From the IMG/VR virus record IMGVR_UViG_3300020045_006845, positions 1 to 36,959 of that record: a stretch of DNA of 36,959 bases; one strand, 5' to 3'. Each line of letters starts with the position of its first letter. Position 1 is the first letter of the stretch. Shown here piece after piece: positions 10,075-19,306 of this stretch. A program made the translations under genes and the position numbers. Under the pieces are notes generated by a model. The model saw only the letters and a list, made by a program, of their open reading frames with translations, had not been told where the DNA came from and ran no database searches. The stretch comes from a virus (lineage: Duplodnaviria > Caudoviricetes).

Positions 10075-10974
10075 TTATGATTTAACAACCAAATCAGAGC
10101 TTCCACCGTAATAAACACCATCAATGTCAATTGACTCAAATCCTGTTTCGGCTATTTTAACCCCAACTGTATCAGCTGTTATTAATGCACTATCTAGCGT
10201 TAGTGTGTAAACTCCATTACCAACACTTACAACTGTATCAATAGTTGATGGTGTTGCTTGTTTACCTAAAAATTGATACATGTCAACATCAGTAACTCCC
10301 GCAATTCCATTTCCTGTAGAGGCATCGGTAATCGTAACTGATAAATGTGTGGCGTCTGTAATAACTACAACAACATTTAACGGAACGATTCCTTTTGATT
10401 CTTTCAACGCCTGTAATTCGTCTGTTAAAGGAATTAAGGTCATTCTCTCGTTGTACTCAACATTTGAATTAAGTTGCGCTTTTAACGTTTTCATTTGTTT
10501 TTCTCCAGACTGTTTTAGTCTAGTAGTTTCAGCGTGTAAAAGTGCTAAATCAAAACCTTTGAAATCTCCGTTTGCTTTTGTTGTACAAATTAAAGCGTTC
10601 TCGAATAAGTGCCATAAATCCCAATTTTCAGGAGAATTATTGATTTTAGAAACCTCTTTTGATTGCCCGATACTTACTTTAACATCAATTTCAAATTTAG
10701 GCTTTCCTAATCTTTCAAGATACTCTTTCCCTAGTGCCGTTGTGCTTACTTGGTTATCTTCATGTGCGTTTCTGTAGTCCCAAGCATCAAACGGTAAAAT
10801 TTGATTTTTTCTAATACCCTCAATAAACTTTGTTAAAAAAGTAGCATCATCTGGAACTCCTGTCATTTTTTTAGAAACAAAAGACATTACATAGTCTCCT
10901 GTGTTGTAATCTCCGCAAGCTGTTATTCCGTTAAAGATTCTGCCTTGCTCATCACAATTAATTTTTGTGTTCAT
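10075..10974 (-). CDS. Major tail (tube) protein with C-terminal Ig-like domain
   Basis: 299 aa after neck genes, followed by a terminator; C-terminal GNGVYTLT Ig-like segment. Confidence 0.7.
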   Translation of the reverse strand: MNTKINCDEQGRIFNGITACGDYNTGDYVMSFVSKKMTGVPDDATFLTKFIEGIRKNQILPFDAWDYRNAHEDNQVSTTALGKEYLERLGKPKFEIDVKVSIGQSKEVSKINNSPENWDLWHLFENALICTTKANGDFKGFDLALLHAETTRLKQSGEKQMKTLKAQLNSNVEYNERMTLIPLTDELQALKESKGIVPLNVVVVITDATHLSVTITDASTGNGIAGVTDVDMYQFLGKQATPSTIDTVVSVGNGVYTLTLDSALITADTVGVKIAETGFESIDIDGVYYGGSSDLVVKS

Positions 10975-10994
10975 TTTTTATTTTTTTTAATTAA

Positions 10995-11528
10995 TTAATT
11001 AATACAATTTGCTTTTATTCTCAATTTAAAATCAACTACTAAACAATCAACTAAATCTATACTAATTGCTTCCTCTTTGGCTGGATTGGTATTTTTCAAG
11101 TCGTTAGTTTCACTAGAAACGCCAAAATTAGGACTTGCCATAATCTTAAAACGGTCTTGTCTATTACCTACTATTTCAGTGAAATTACTTCTTATCAATC
11201 GCTCTTTCACAACCTGCCAAACTGGTTCTAAAATACCATCGTAACTATTTTGTGTACGCCAGTCGTTTAACTGTTTTAATTGCGTATCCTGCATAATTAC
11301 TAATCTTGCATCTGTTTCATACCAACCGTCAAACTCTGTGTACTGGTTTAAAACATACCAAACCAAAGGGTAATTAGCTAAGTTTTTACGTTGCTCAATC
11401 CAAGAAATTAACTCTTTTTGGTCGCCAAACCAAAATTGAATACTTGTGTTTGGTTTTGGTGTTCCCAAAAAAGTACAATCTGCAACCGCACCAGTGAATA
11501 ATCTCTTTAAAGCGTTTGCGATTATCAT
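10995..11528 (-). CDS. Putative tail terminator/neck protein
   Basis: YPLVW motif, size, position before the major tail gene. Confidence 0.55.
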   Translation of the reverse strand: MIIANALKRLFTGAVADCTFLGTPKPNTSIQFWFGDQKELISWIEQRKNLANYPLVWYVLNQYTEFDGWYETDARLVIMQDTQLKQLNDWRTQNSYDGILEPVWQVVKERLIRSNFTEIVGNRQDRFKIMASPNFGVSSETNDLKNTNPAKEEAISIDLVDCLVVDFKLRIKANCIN

Positions 11529-12148
11529 AAACCTAATGAATTAGAGTTACTAGTATTGTCAAACGTGTAAAGTTGTGCATCTGGATAGTCTGTTGGATTG
11601 TCTTTTATGAATTGCAACAAAGAAACGTAGTTACTGTTGTTTCCGTTGAAATAATCAACAAAAGTAGTTCCGTTTATATTGCTTACACGTGGTAAACAAT
11701 TAACATTGCTTAGTCCTTGATACATTTCTAAAAACTTATTCCAAACATTAACCATCGTGCTAGTTGGATTGATATTTTCAGCATTTTTAGGTTGTGTTTG
11801 ATAACCGCTAGAATTGCTTTCGTTTAACCAATGCCAAAAAGTGAAATAAGCTAATACAGAAACTTTAAAACTTCCCTCTTGGTAATTTAAACCTCTCCAA
11901 ACTTTATCACTATAAGTACACCCGTTTACAAGATTTTTCCATTTTTGGTCTGCGTTTGTATTTAAAACACCGCTTGTAACCTGACTGTTTAATTGAGAAA
12001 ATAAAACGTTACCTAAACTCATCTGTAGTAACAAACAAGGCTTTTCATCTGCATAATAATTCAGTTCAGTAGCATTACCACTTTGTGAGCTTACTAGGTT
12101 TGGAATTGATAACTCCCTTGTGAAATTAGCCTCGTTTATTAAGTACAT
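11525..12148 (-). CDS. Putative head-tail adaptor
   Basis: LG..L...L and WK.LVNG..Y...WRGL motifs; position after the capsid gene. Confidence 0.55.
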   Translation of the reverse strand: MYLINEANFTRELSIPNLVSSQSGNATELNYYADEKPCLLLQMSLGNVLFSQLNSQVTSGVLNTNADQKWKNLVNGCTYSDKVWRGLNYQEGSFKVSVLAYFTFWHWLNESNSSGYQTQPKNAENINPTSTMVNVWNKFLEMYQGLSNVNCLPRVSNINGTTFVDYFNGNNSNYVSLLQFIKDNPTDYPDAQLYTFDNTSNSNSLGL

Positions 12149-12150
12149 TT

Positions 12151-12291
12151 TTATTTAGATTTTGGTTCTACTTCTTTTTCTTTCTTGAAAAAGCCTTTTT
12201 TCTATAAGGCGTCCATTACGCTTTTATCTTGCAGGTCTAAAGTATCGCCTTTTTTATACTTTGACCAGTCTTTAGATAATACCTTTGCCAT
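12151..12291 (-). pseudogene. Small post-capsid gene (MAKVLSKDWSKYKKGDTLDLQDKSVMDAL*KKGFFKKEKEVEPKSK) with an internal TAG
   Basis: Fills the gap exactly and is TAATG-coupled to the capsid gene; in-frame TAG at 12202-12204 lies next to homopolymers. Confidence 0.55.
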
Positions 12292-13541
12292 TATACGGTT
12301 GCTATTGCTGTTTTAATTGTTGCAATATCATCATAAATAAATGCTTGTTCGTCTAATTTTTTAACGAATGCGTGGAAACGGCTTTCTCCTAAGATAACAA
12401 ATTGATTTTTGATAAAGTCGTCATTAACCCATCCAATTTTAACTGTGTAAGTCATGTAATTAGTTGTGTTATACTTAGACATATCAGCAACAAATATTTT
12501 ACCGCTTGGAATTGATTCTTCGGGGATAATTGTCATTCCACCAATTGAAACTTGGTTGAATAATGATGCTGTTGGGTATAATGGATTTCCAAAACCATCT
12601 TTAGCAGATACTAACTGAATAAAATAGTCAATTGGATTAACCATTACTAAGTTAGCCATATAAGGAACCTCATCAGTAAAGTTGTGAGTTGTTGCAATAT
12701 CCGTAACGCAAGCATTAACAACATCCATAAATGTAGGGTTTGCAATTGCCAAAGCCATATCTCCAGCTACAAACGGACGACCGTAAGTTGTCGCTCCTTT
12801 TGGATTTGGTGCAATACCGTCCCCAAACAAAATCCCTTTTGATTTTTTAAGGTTGTGTTTCTTGAATAAGAAATCACGTGCAACACTTTCTAAGCCAGCA
12901 ACATCTTGAATAGATTCCTCTGTTAAACGTTCCCACGCAGCAGTTTTAACTGGTGTTGCGTATTTAGTATCCCAAGAAAAATCAATTTGTTGTTTTGTTC
13001 CTCCTTCTGCTAAAAATGTATAATCCCCATCTTTTGGTTTAGCCTCTGTATAAGGGTAAGCAGCTAAAGTAGTCGTTACATTGTTAGTTAATGGCAAAAC
13101 TCCAATTTCACGCAAATTAATATTGCTTAGTGGTGCTTGTTGTGTACCAGTAATTGCTGGCGGCGAAGTGTTTGTTCCACTTGCTGTTGTGATATTTCCA
13201 ACTGCTTTTAATGTAAGCTCTACAACTCCATTGTTTTTAAAAGCTGATTTAATATCCTCGTGTTTTTCTGCAATTGCTTTTGATAATTGAACATCAAGGC
13301 TTTCAATTTCCTGTGTTCCTTTATTAGCATCAAGCAATTGTTTAGCGATTTCGTCGGCGATTCCGTCTTTAGCTTTTTGAATTTCAGTATCTAATGTTTC
13401 TTTAGATATAGAGTTTTCTAACTTCTTTTCAATACTGCCTAAATACTCATTCTGAATATCGGCTTGTTTTTCAACTTCCAACGCTTTAAATGCGCCTAAA
13501 GTGATTCCTTTTGTTTGTAAAAACGTTTCAAATGGATTCAT
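12291..13541 (-). CDS. Major capsid protein, HK97 fold
   Basis: 416 aa; N-terminal helical delta domain; AEGGTKQ, K.AAW..LTEE, ILFGDG..PN.KG, GWVNDDF.KN..VILGESR. Confidence 0.93.
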   Translation of the reverse strand: MNPFETFLQTKGITLGAFKALEVEKQADIQNEYLGSIEKKLENSISKETLDTEIQKAKDGIADEIAKQLLDANKGTQEIESLDVQLSKAIAEKHEDIKSAFKNNGVVELTLKAVGNITTASGTNTSPPAITGTQQAPLSNINLREIGVLPLTNNVTTTLAAYPYTEAKPKDGDYTFLAEGGTKQQIDFSWDTKYATPVKTAAWERLTEESIQDVAGLESVARDFLFKKHNLKKSKGILFGDGIAPNPKGATTYGRPFVAGDMALAIANPTFMDVVNACVTDIATTHNFTDEVPYMANLVMVNPIDYFIQLVSAKDGFGNPLYPTASLFNQVSIGGMTIIPEESIPSGKIFVADMSKYNTTNYMTYTVKIGWVNDDFIKNQFVILGESRFHAFVKKLDEQAFIYDDIATIKTAIATV

Positions 13542-13552
13542 TTCTTTTTGTT

Positions 13553-14350
13553 TTAAATTTTAATAAATAAGTTTACTTTTCTTTTTGGAATTTCTTCCGC
13601 TTCTTGAGTGCCGTTTGACGAGTCAAATTTATTAGAAGTGCCGTTTGGCGAGTTCTTTTTATTTTCAAATTTTGATAATAATTCTTTTACCGAAATCATT
13701 TCTGTATATACTTTTAATTCTCCTGAAACACTATCAACAATTACATTTTCAAATTCTCTCATATTGTGCTCTTGTAGTAATAAATCATATTTATTTTCTA
13801 CATTTAAAGATCGTTTCCACATCGTTGGAAAGTGAACATCTCCGTGAGAATCAAACACGTTACTAGGAGATATTGCGCATTTTACTTTAATTGTATTTTC
13901 ATCTATAACTTCCATATATAAAACTGGAGTTAAGAAGTTTGAGCCTTTCACTACTGCTGAACCCTCTATATTTTTAGCTTCTAAAATTGCCCAAAAACAA
14001 TCATTTACATCGTCTTTGTTTAATATTTGTGGATAGTATTTATCAAAGTTTTCTTTATATTGGCTATACTCTGGCGCATCATTATCATAACACCACAATA
14101 ATTTTACATAACGCATTCCTACTGAATGGTTTAAAACCCACCCATTGAGATAGTTTTTAAACATTTCTTCGTTACGTTCTTTTTTAATTACCGCTTCATA
14201 AATTAATACTTCTAATTTATCGATTCCGTTTGTAAATGCTTTTTCAACTGATTCTAACATTACATTTGAAAAGTCTGTTTTTTGAATTTCAGCTTTTTTA
14301 GTATGTATCGCAAAATCAATATCTTTTAAAACTTCTTCTTTGTTTATCAT
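13553..14350 (-). CDS. Prohead protease, HK97 gp4/S78-like, with permuted motif order
   Basis: NHSVG (Ser76), EGSAVVKGSN..TP, DSHGD and LLQEH (His195); lies between portal and capsid genes. Confidence 0.85.
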   Translation of the reverse strand: MINKEEVLKDIDFAIHTKKAEIQKTDFSNVMLESVEKAFTNGIDKLEVLIYEAVIKKERNEEMFKNYLNGWVLNHSVGMRYVKLLWCYDNDAPEYSQYKENFDKYYPQILNKDDVNDCFWAILEAKNIEGSAVVKGSNFLTPVLYMEVIDENTIKVKCAISPSNVFDSHGDVHFPTMWKRSLNVENKYDLLLQEHNMREFENVIVDSVSGELKVYTEMISVKELLSKFENKKNSPNGTSNKFDSSNGTQEAEEIPKRKVNLFIKI

Positions 14351-14463
14351 TTCTTTACAATTTTATTATTTTCAATTGCGTTTTTTTTAATCTCAAGAGC
14401 TATTCGTAGTTCAGGACTAATATTTTTATCTTTTAGCATCTTGTTTATTTCATCAATACTCAT
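14347..14463 (-). CDS. Small hypothetical protein, 38 aa (MSIDEINKMLKDKNISPELR...)
   Basis: Read manually; ATGA overlap with the protease start. Confidence 0.55.
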   Translation of the reverse strand: MSIDEINKMLKDKNISPELRIALEIKKNAIENNKIVKK

Positions 14464-14620
14464 ATCCACAGTTTTTATTTATGCATTTCTTTTTCCCAAA
14501 TAAATATACCCAATACTTTCTAATCATACTGCTATTACATTTAGGACAAATAGCAACTTGTCGAGTTTCGTTTATAACTCTTGAAAGTGGCATCTTTGGC
14601 TTTTGTATATCAGTACTCAT
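14453..14620 (-). CDS. Small zinc-ribbon protein, 55 aa
   Basis: Read manually: CPKC...CINKNC; overlaps the portal stop. Confidence 0.6.
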   Translation of the reverse strand: MSTDIQKPKMPLSRVINETRQVAICPKCNSSMIRKYWVYLFGKKKCINKNCGYEY

Positions 14621-15806
14621 AAATCTGTTCTAATTTAGTTTTTACTAATGCTTCATCTAATCCCAACTCCTTAGCTATTTTTAAACTTTCTAATTCAACT
14701 TTACGATTGTTTATTTTTTCTACTTGCTGTATTGCGTAACATGGCAAATGATTAAAATTCCCTCTTAAATCTTCTTCTCCTAAAATAACCTCGTATGTAT
14801 CGGTCATTTGTTGCACTTTAGGATTTTCAAAGTAACCTATAAAGTTTAATATTGCTTTATCATAATTATCGTAAGTACTGCCTTTTGCAATTATAGCAAT
14901 AACATCTTTGCTTAAATTAAATAAACTACCTACTTTCAATAAATCACTTTCCCAAGATTCATCTAATTTTAAATCCTTTATGTTAGACACCATTTGTTTA
15001 ACATCGACTTTTGATTTAGTTGCGTTTATTTTGCGCCCATATTCTAAACTTTGCTCGATACTATCTTTTTCAGATTCAGCCATTGGTTTAGTAGTGGTGT
15101 CTTTAGGGTCATGTTGACCGCTAACAAGAATCTTTTCAGTGTATTTTAAATTTGTTCCTTTACTTGAAAGGGCTAAATCTGAATTAATAGCTATTTGATA
15201 AAGCGCATCTAATCTACTGTTCCCTTTTAGCCAATTCCCACTAATCCCGCCTGACATATCAGTGAAAACGTAAAGATTAGCAAAGTCTAAGGTATCAACT
15301 ACACCGTTTGGATTTGTATATTTAAACGTTCCTTTTAATAAATTCTTTTTGTATTGACCGCTAAACGATATTTGACTAAATGCTTTCATTTGTGCATCAG
15401 TAAAGTTTAAGCCCATTGGACGCAAATAATACCAAACATCTTTAAACTTGTACAAATAAGCGTTCCCGCTTGCTAACCAAAATCTGTGTTCCCAAAATAA
15501 ATCAGTCCATGTTTGCCAATCGTTTGGCGTTTTTTGAACTGAATATAAAAAGTCTTTTTCTTTTAATACATCATTAACATACTTGTCAATTTTAACCTGG
15601 CTATACGTGTCTGCTAAAAAGCAAAACACTTTTAAAATAGCTGGATTTGATAAAATAGTTTCTAACTTATTACTCTCGCTTTTAAATCCTTTTTTCTTAC
15701 CACCGAACGCATCTAATATAGAATAGAACCAATTATTTGAACTATCTCGTTCAACATAATTTGGTAATGAATTGCTATTGTAACCTATATTAAAATTAAA
15801 TCCCAT
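14610..15806 (-). CDS. Portal protein
   Basis: 398 aa after TerL; PN.WQT, SGNAY, G.SRL.AL, STY.N...A motifs typical of HK97-like portals. Confidence 0.9.
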   Translation of the reverse strand: MGFNFNIGYNSNSLPNYVERDSSNNWFYSILDAFGGKKKGFKSESNKLETILSNPAILKVFCFLADTYSQVKIDKYVNDVLKEKDFLYSVQKTPNDWQTWTDLFWEHRFWLASGNAYLYKFKDVWYYLRPMGLNFTDAQMKAFSQISFSGQYKKNLLKGTFKYTNPNGVVDTLDFANLYVFTDMSGGISGNWLKGNSRLDALYQIAINSDLALSSKGTNLKYTEKILVSGQHDPKDTTTKPMAESEKDSIEQSLEYGRKINATKSKVDVKQMVSNIKDLKLDESWESDLLKVGSLFNLSKDVIAIIAKGSTYDNYDKAILNFIGYFENPKVQQMTDTYEVILGEEDLRGNFNHLPCYAIQQVEKINNRKVELESLKIAKELGLDEALVKTKLEQIYEY

Positions 15807-15814
15807 ATAAAGTA

Positions 15815-15848
15815 AGAAAGCCTTAACCGAAATTAATCGATTAAGGCT
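15815..15848 (-). terminator. Terminator/attenuator in the leader of the portal operon
   Basis: Minus strand AGCCTTAATCGA..TCGGTTAAGGCT then TTCTT, ending about 10 nt before the portal ATG. Confidence 0.65.
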
Positions 15849-15916
15849 GTACTATAAAAGTTAGTGTTTACATTCATTTGTAATAGTTTTGCGCGTCTTC
15901 ACACAAATAATTGCTA

Positions 15917-15924
15917 CAAATATA
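15917..15924 (-). promoter_or_regulatory. Bacteroidota sigma70 -7 box TATATTTG
   Basis: Matches TAnnTTTG; intergenic, upstream of the portal gene. Confidence 0.7.
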
Positions 15925-15969
15925 ATAATATTTATTTAGATTGGTTAAAAATTATTAATTATTTTATAT

Positions 15970-17247
15970 TTAATTATTTTCGATATATCGTCGTCCGTAT
16001 CTGATTGGGTCAATAATATCGTCAAATGCTTTTATAACCTCATCGTCAACAACTCCTAACCTATCATTTGCGTAGCTATAATTCTTAAACTCTAAATCAA
16101 TACCATCTGAACAATCAGTATAAACTACGTTAGTAGATTGTAAAAGAGTAATTCCAGCCATTACACTACCTTTTGGTTTATCTATTCCTATTGCATATTC
16201 CCAGCCATAATCACGTAAAAGTAAAATATTATCAGGAACTGCACTATCGCAAACTATATCAGCATCAAATGGAATGCCTAACTTCTTAAAGGTGTGTATA
16301 ATTATACCGCCCTCGTTATTTATGTTTGCTAATTCAATAGGCTCTAACTTTGAAAGTAATTCATTTTCACTAAAATAGTTTCTTTGATGACAATAAAGCG
16401 TATTTGTATACCTATCATATTTCAATTCTACTATTCCAAACTTATGATTTTTACCCCAGTCAACTCCAAAGAATGATTTTAATGGTAGGTTAATGAAATC
16501 TTGGTAGGTGTTGCGTGTCCAATTTGTAAATACACGTCCCTCAACCGCTTCCATCCAACCGCCTAAAACAACTTGATTATATTTCTTTTCATCTTTTTCT
16601 TTTAGTTGTTGGTAATAGCTTACAATATTGTCAGCTAAATATTCTCTTTCAACATCTAAATAAGAAGTGTGAATATAGCAAACATTGTCTTTTATTAAAT
16701 TACTACCAGCATCAATATTCATACCGCTAAAAAAGTGCCTAAATATCCAATGATGCACACTCGCTGGATTTAAAATAAGAATGGTTAAATTACGTTTGTC
16801 TTTTGAGCGGATTGATAAAAATACTTTTTCGTAGGTTTCATAATCAGGTAACTCTTCCGCTTCATCTACTACAAAACAATTGAAGCCGAATAATGATTTT
16901 AGATTAGCGGTTTGTTGTTTAGAACCCGTTTTAATACCTTTAAAAGCTATTCGATTTCCGTTGCTTTCAATATGTGTGTTTGTTGAATTAACATAGTTTT
17001 CATAATTCAACAATTCTATTTTATCATCAACCTCTGGTTTAATGCTATCAATAATAGAAACATTTGTAAAACGTGTATAAAGTACGTTCCAACAATGTTG
17101 CACTAAAGCAATAAGTGAAAATACAGAAATAACAAACGACTTCGCACTTCCCCTGCCTCCCGTTATAATAATTGTATCTACTTCTGGGTGCTTACCTTGT
17201 AGTATTTCAAAAAGTGGTTTGTATTTTTTTGAGAATTTAATCTGCAT
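15970..17247 (-). CDS. terL: Terminase large subunit (PBSX-like)
   Basis: GGRGSAKS Walker A, VVDEAEE Walker B, ILNP..HWI, GVDWG and D.IDPIRY nuclease motifs. Confidence 0.96.
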   Translation of the reverse strand: MQIKFSKKYKPLFEILQGKHPEVDTIIITGGRGSAKSFVISVFSLIALVQHCWNVLYTRFTNVSIIDSIKPEVDDKIELLNYENYVNSTNTHIESNGNRIAFKGIKTGSKQQTANLKSLFGFNCFVVDEAEELPDYETYEKVFLSIRSKDKRNLTILILNPASVHHWIFRHFFSGMNIDAGSNLIKDNVCYIHTSYLDVEREYLADNIVSYYQQLKEKDEKKYNQVVLGGWMEAVEGRVFTNWTRNTYQDFINLPLKSFFGVDWGKNHKFGIVELKYDRYTNTLYCHQRNYFSENELLSKLEPIELANINNEGGIIIHTFKKLGIPFDADIVCDSAVPDNILLLRDYGWEYAIGIDKPKGSVMAGITLLQSTNVVYTDCSDGIDLEFKNYSYANDRLGVVDDEVIKAFDDIIDPIRYGRRYIENN

Positions 17248-17644
17248 TATCTGTATCGATAAATACTATTTGTGGTGGTGTATTTCCTTTAATTTCTCCA
17301 CTATGTTCTTGCTGAACCTTATCCCCGAACATCTTAGGATAGAATTTTGAAGCCGTCCATTTTTTTGTTTGTATCAAAACATTTGCAACGCTAGGCTCAA
17401 GTTCTCCAGCTTTTAACATATCGTAAACATGGTCGATTTCTTCAATCTCACTCTCGGCTTTATCTTGCATTGCCTTTACATATAGGTCAAATAATTCTTG
17501 GTGTTCACGCTTCCAATTACACCAAGTTTGGAACGTAGGGTATTCTGGTTTCGATTTTAGAATAGTTTTTATATTAAAACCCTCTGCTACTTCTGCGCAG
17601 ATTGTTTTACACATTTCAAAATCATATTCGCTTAATCTAGCCAT
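17237..17644 (-). CDS. terS: Terminase small subunit
   Basis: IC..VAEG....I....P...T...W and KW.ASK.YPK.FGDK..QEHSG; directly upstream of TerL. Confidence 0.9.
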   Translation of the reverse strand: MARLSEYDFEMCKTICAEVAEGFNIKTILKSKPEYPTFQTWCNWKREHQELFDLYVKAMQDKAESEIEEIDHVYDMLKAGELEPSVANVLIQTKKWTASKFYPKMFGDKVQQEHSGEIKGNTPPQIVFIDTDNAD

Positions 17645-17648
17645 AAAA

Positions 17649-17787
17649 CAAAATTACTATTTATTTTTGAAACCGCAACATTTATAATAAAATTTAACAT
17701 TGTTATTTAGAATATGTATAAATAACGTTATAAAGCGAAAATAATTTACAAAACACTTGCGTGCTAACTAAATAGTTATTACTTTTA
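17649..17787. promoter_or_regulatory. Divergent promoter region
   Basis: Minus-strand TAATTTTG at 17649-17656 just before the terS ATG; plus-strand TTGC (17757) and TACTTTTA (17780) with palindrome TAACTAaaTAGTTA between them. Confidence 0.55.
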
Positions 17788-17815
17788 CATCATAATAATA
17801 AACAAAAAAATAATT

Positions 17816-18136
17816 ATGAATGCAGTATTAAAAATAGCTTTAGAAATTGCAAATGGAAATCAAATTTTTTTAAATAGAAATGAAGCATTGACTACTGAGT
17901 GGATTAATGACAATCCTAACTCTAAATTATTTAACTCTTTGTATTTTTCTAAAAATGGTATAGAGTTTAGAGTTTCTAATCATGAATTGCCAAATAGAGA
18001 TTTCATGTGCGCTCACAATTATACAAGTAATGAAATTGCAAAAGAAAAGGGGATTGAAAAATTATATCATAAAAATAACATAGAAATTATCGTTGTTGAT
18101 GGCGAAATTTTAAAAACTAAATTAAATTTTAATTAA
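17816..18136 (+). CDS. Hypothetical protein (plus-strand accessory unit)
   Basis: 106 aa with SLYF..RVSNH motif; A-rich initiation region. Confidence 0.75.
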   Translation: MNAVLKIALEIANGNQIFLNRNEALTTEWINDNPNSKLFNSLYFSKNGIEFRVSNHELPNRDFMCAHNYTSNEIAKEKGIEKLYHKNNIEIIVVDGEILKTKLNFN

Positions 18137-18138
18137 AC

Positions 18139-18390
18139 ATGAAAAACCTTATTAGAAAAATTATCGATTACTGCTTTTACAACTTTTTAGTTGATTTATT
18201 AGAAGAAGAATTTAGAATCAAAATCTTTTTATGTGATGGCGATTTTAAGTTTGAAATTCACATGCTTTATGTCCCTTGCGTTGGTTCGTCAATTAGATTA
18301 GAGAATGGAATATTTAAAGTTAACAATGTCATTCATTCAACTTACGGAATGGTGGTGCATTTAGAAGGTAAATTTATAAAGGGGGTTTAA
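18139..18390 (+). CDS. Hypothetical protein
   Basis: 83 aa, coupled to the upstream ORF. Confidence 0.65.
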   Translation: MKNLIRKIIDYCFYNFLVDLLEEEFRIKIFLCDGDFKFEIHMLYVPCVGSSIRLENGIFKVNNVIHSTYGMVVHLEGKFIKGV

Positions 18391-18420
18391 TTACCCCCCT
18401 CAATCAAAAAAATTAAAATA

Positions 18421-18606
18421 ATGGATTATCATAGCCAGACAAAAAAATTAATCGTTACGCTTGGAATGAGTAGTACGATAGTCGCTAAAATTTTGAATAT
18501 TTCAATAAGTTTTTATAAACAAAAACGCTACAAAATAAAGTCAAGCAAGTTCACGGAACGCGATTACATAGCAGTCAAAAATTTTGTAATTAAAGCGATT
18601 ATATAG
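18421..18606 (+). CDS. Small helix-turn-helix-like protein
   Basis: LGMSSTIVAKILNISISFY HTH-like pattern. Confidence 0.55.
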   Translation: MDYHSQTKKLIVTLGMSSTIVAKILNISISFYKQKRYKIKSSKFTERDYIAVKNFVIKAII

Positions 18607-18611
18607 CAGTC

Positions 18612-18648
18612 AAAAAACCCATTAAATTTAGTTAATGGGTTTTATTTT
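18612..18648. terminator. Bidirectional intrinsic terminator
   Basis: AAAAAACCCATTAA-attta-gTTAATGGGTTTTATTTTT between convergent genes. Confidence 0.8.
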
Positions 18649-18737
18649 TGAAACTATCGATATATTTAGCATATTTTTCTGCAATAGCTGTTATACTGGT
18701 GTATTATGGCTTGAACCATTTATTTAATGGTAGTGGT

Positions 18738-19304
18738 TTATTTTCCATTTTCTAGTGTATTAATATCGATTGCTAAACCTTTTTCGATTAGATTGTTGAT
18801 GTCGAAGTGCCATTCAAAAAGTTTATTTGTGTATTTTAAACCAAAATAACAAGTTAATTCTTGTGGTGTAAATAATGAAAATAAACCTCTTTCATCGCTA
18901 TAGGAAAATCTAAATTTTAAATTCTCTTGAAAATAAGCTGAAATAGAATTATTATTTACAACTTCAAATTCAACAATATTTTCAGATAAAAAATAATTTT
19001 CTTTAGCATCATATTCATCTATTGCTATTTTACATAGTTGCTCTAAAGGCACAAACTTTTCTCCATCAACTTCAATTTCTTTTGTAAGGTCTGATAGTGG
19101 TCTTAGGATTGGTTTAAATTCATCTATTCCACACCCATAATCAACGCTATTGTGATTGTTTACATAGGTTTTTAAAGTAAGACTAAAATCTGAATAAATC
19201 CCAATTAATTCGTCAATAGTTGTTGACATTCCATTACTTGAAAACCCTTCCAGCCCATAAGGTAAATAAGGTGCTAAATGTTCTAATGTTAGTTTATTTT
19301 CCAT
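18738..19304 (-). CDS. Conserved Bacteroidota phage hypothetical protein
   Basis: LAPYLPYGL..KPILRPLSDL..WHFDI..LIEKGLAIDIN motifs. Confidence 0.8.
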   Translation of the reverse strand: MENKLTLEHLAPYLPYGLEGFSSNGMSTTIDELIGIYSDFSLTLKTYVNNHNSVDYGCGIDEFKPILRPLSDLTKEIEVDGEKFVPLEQLCKIAIDEYDAKENYFLSENIVEFEVVNNNSISAYFQENLKFRFSYSDERGLFSLFTPQELTCYFGLKYTNKLFEWHFDINNLIEKGLAIDINTLENGK

Positions 19305-19306
19305 AG

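Noticed and set aside
13607-13654. Short duplicated AGTGCCGTTTG motif
   Set aside because: Encodes the low-complexity protease tail (NGTS/NGTQ); no evidence of a separate role
18380-18400. GGGGGT..ACCCCC hairpin
   Set aside because: No plus-strand U-tract, so function is unclear and it was not called a terminator
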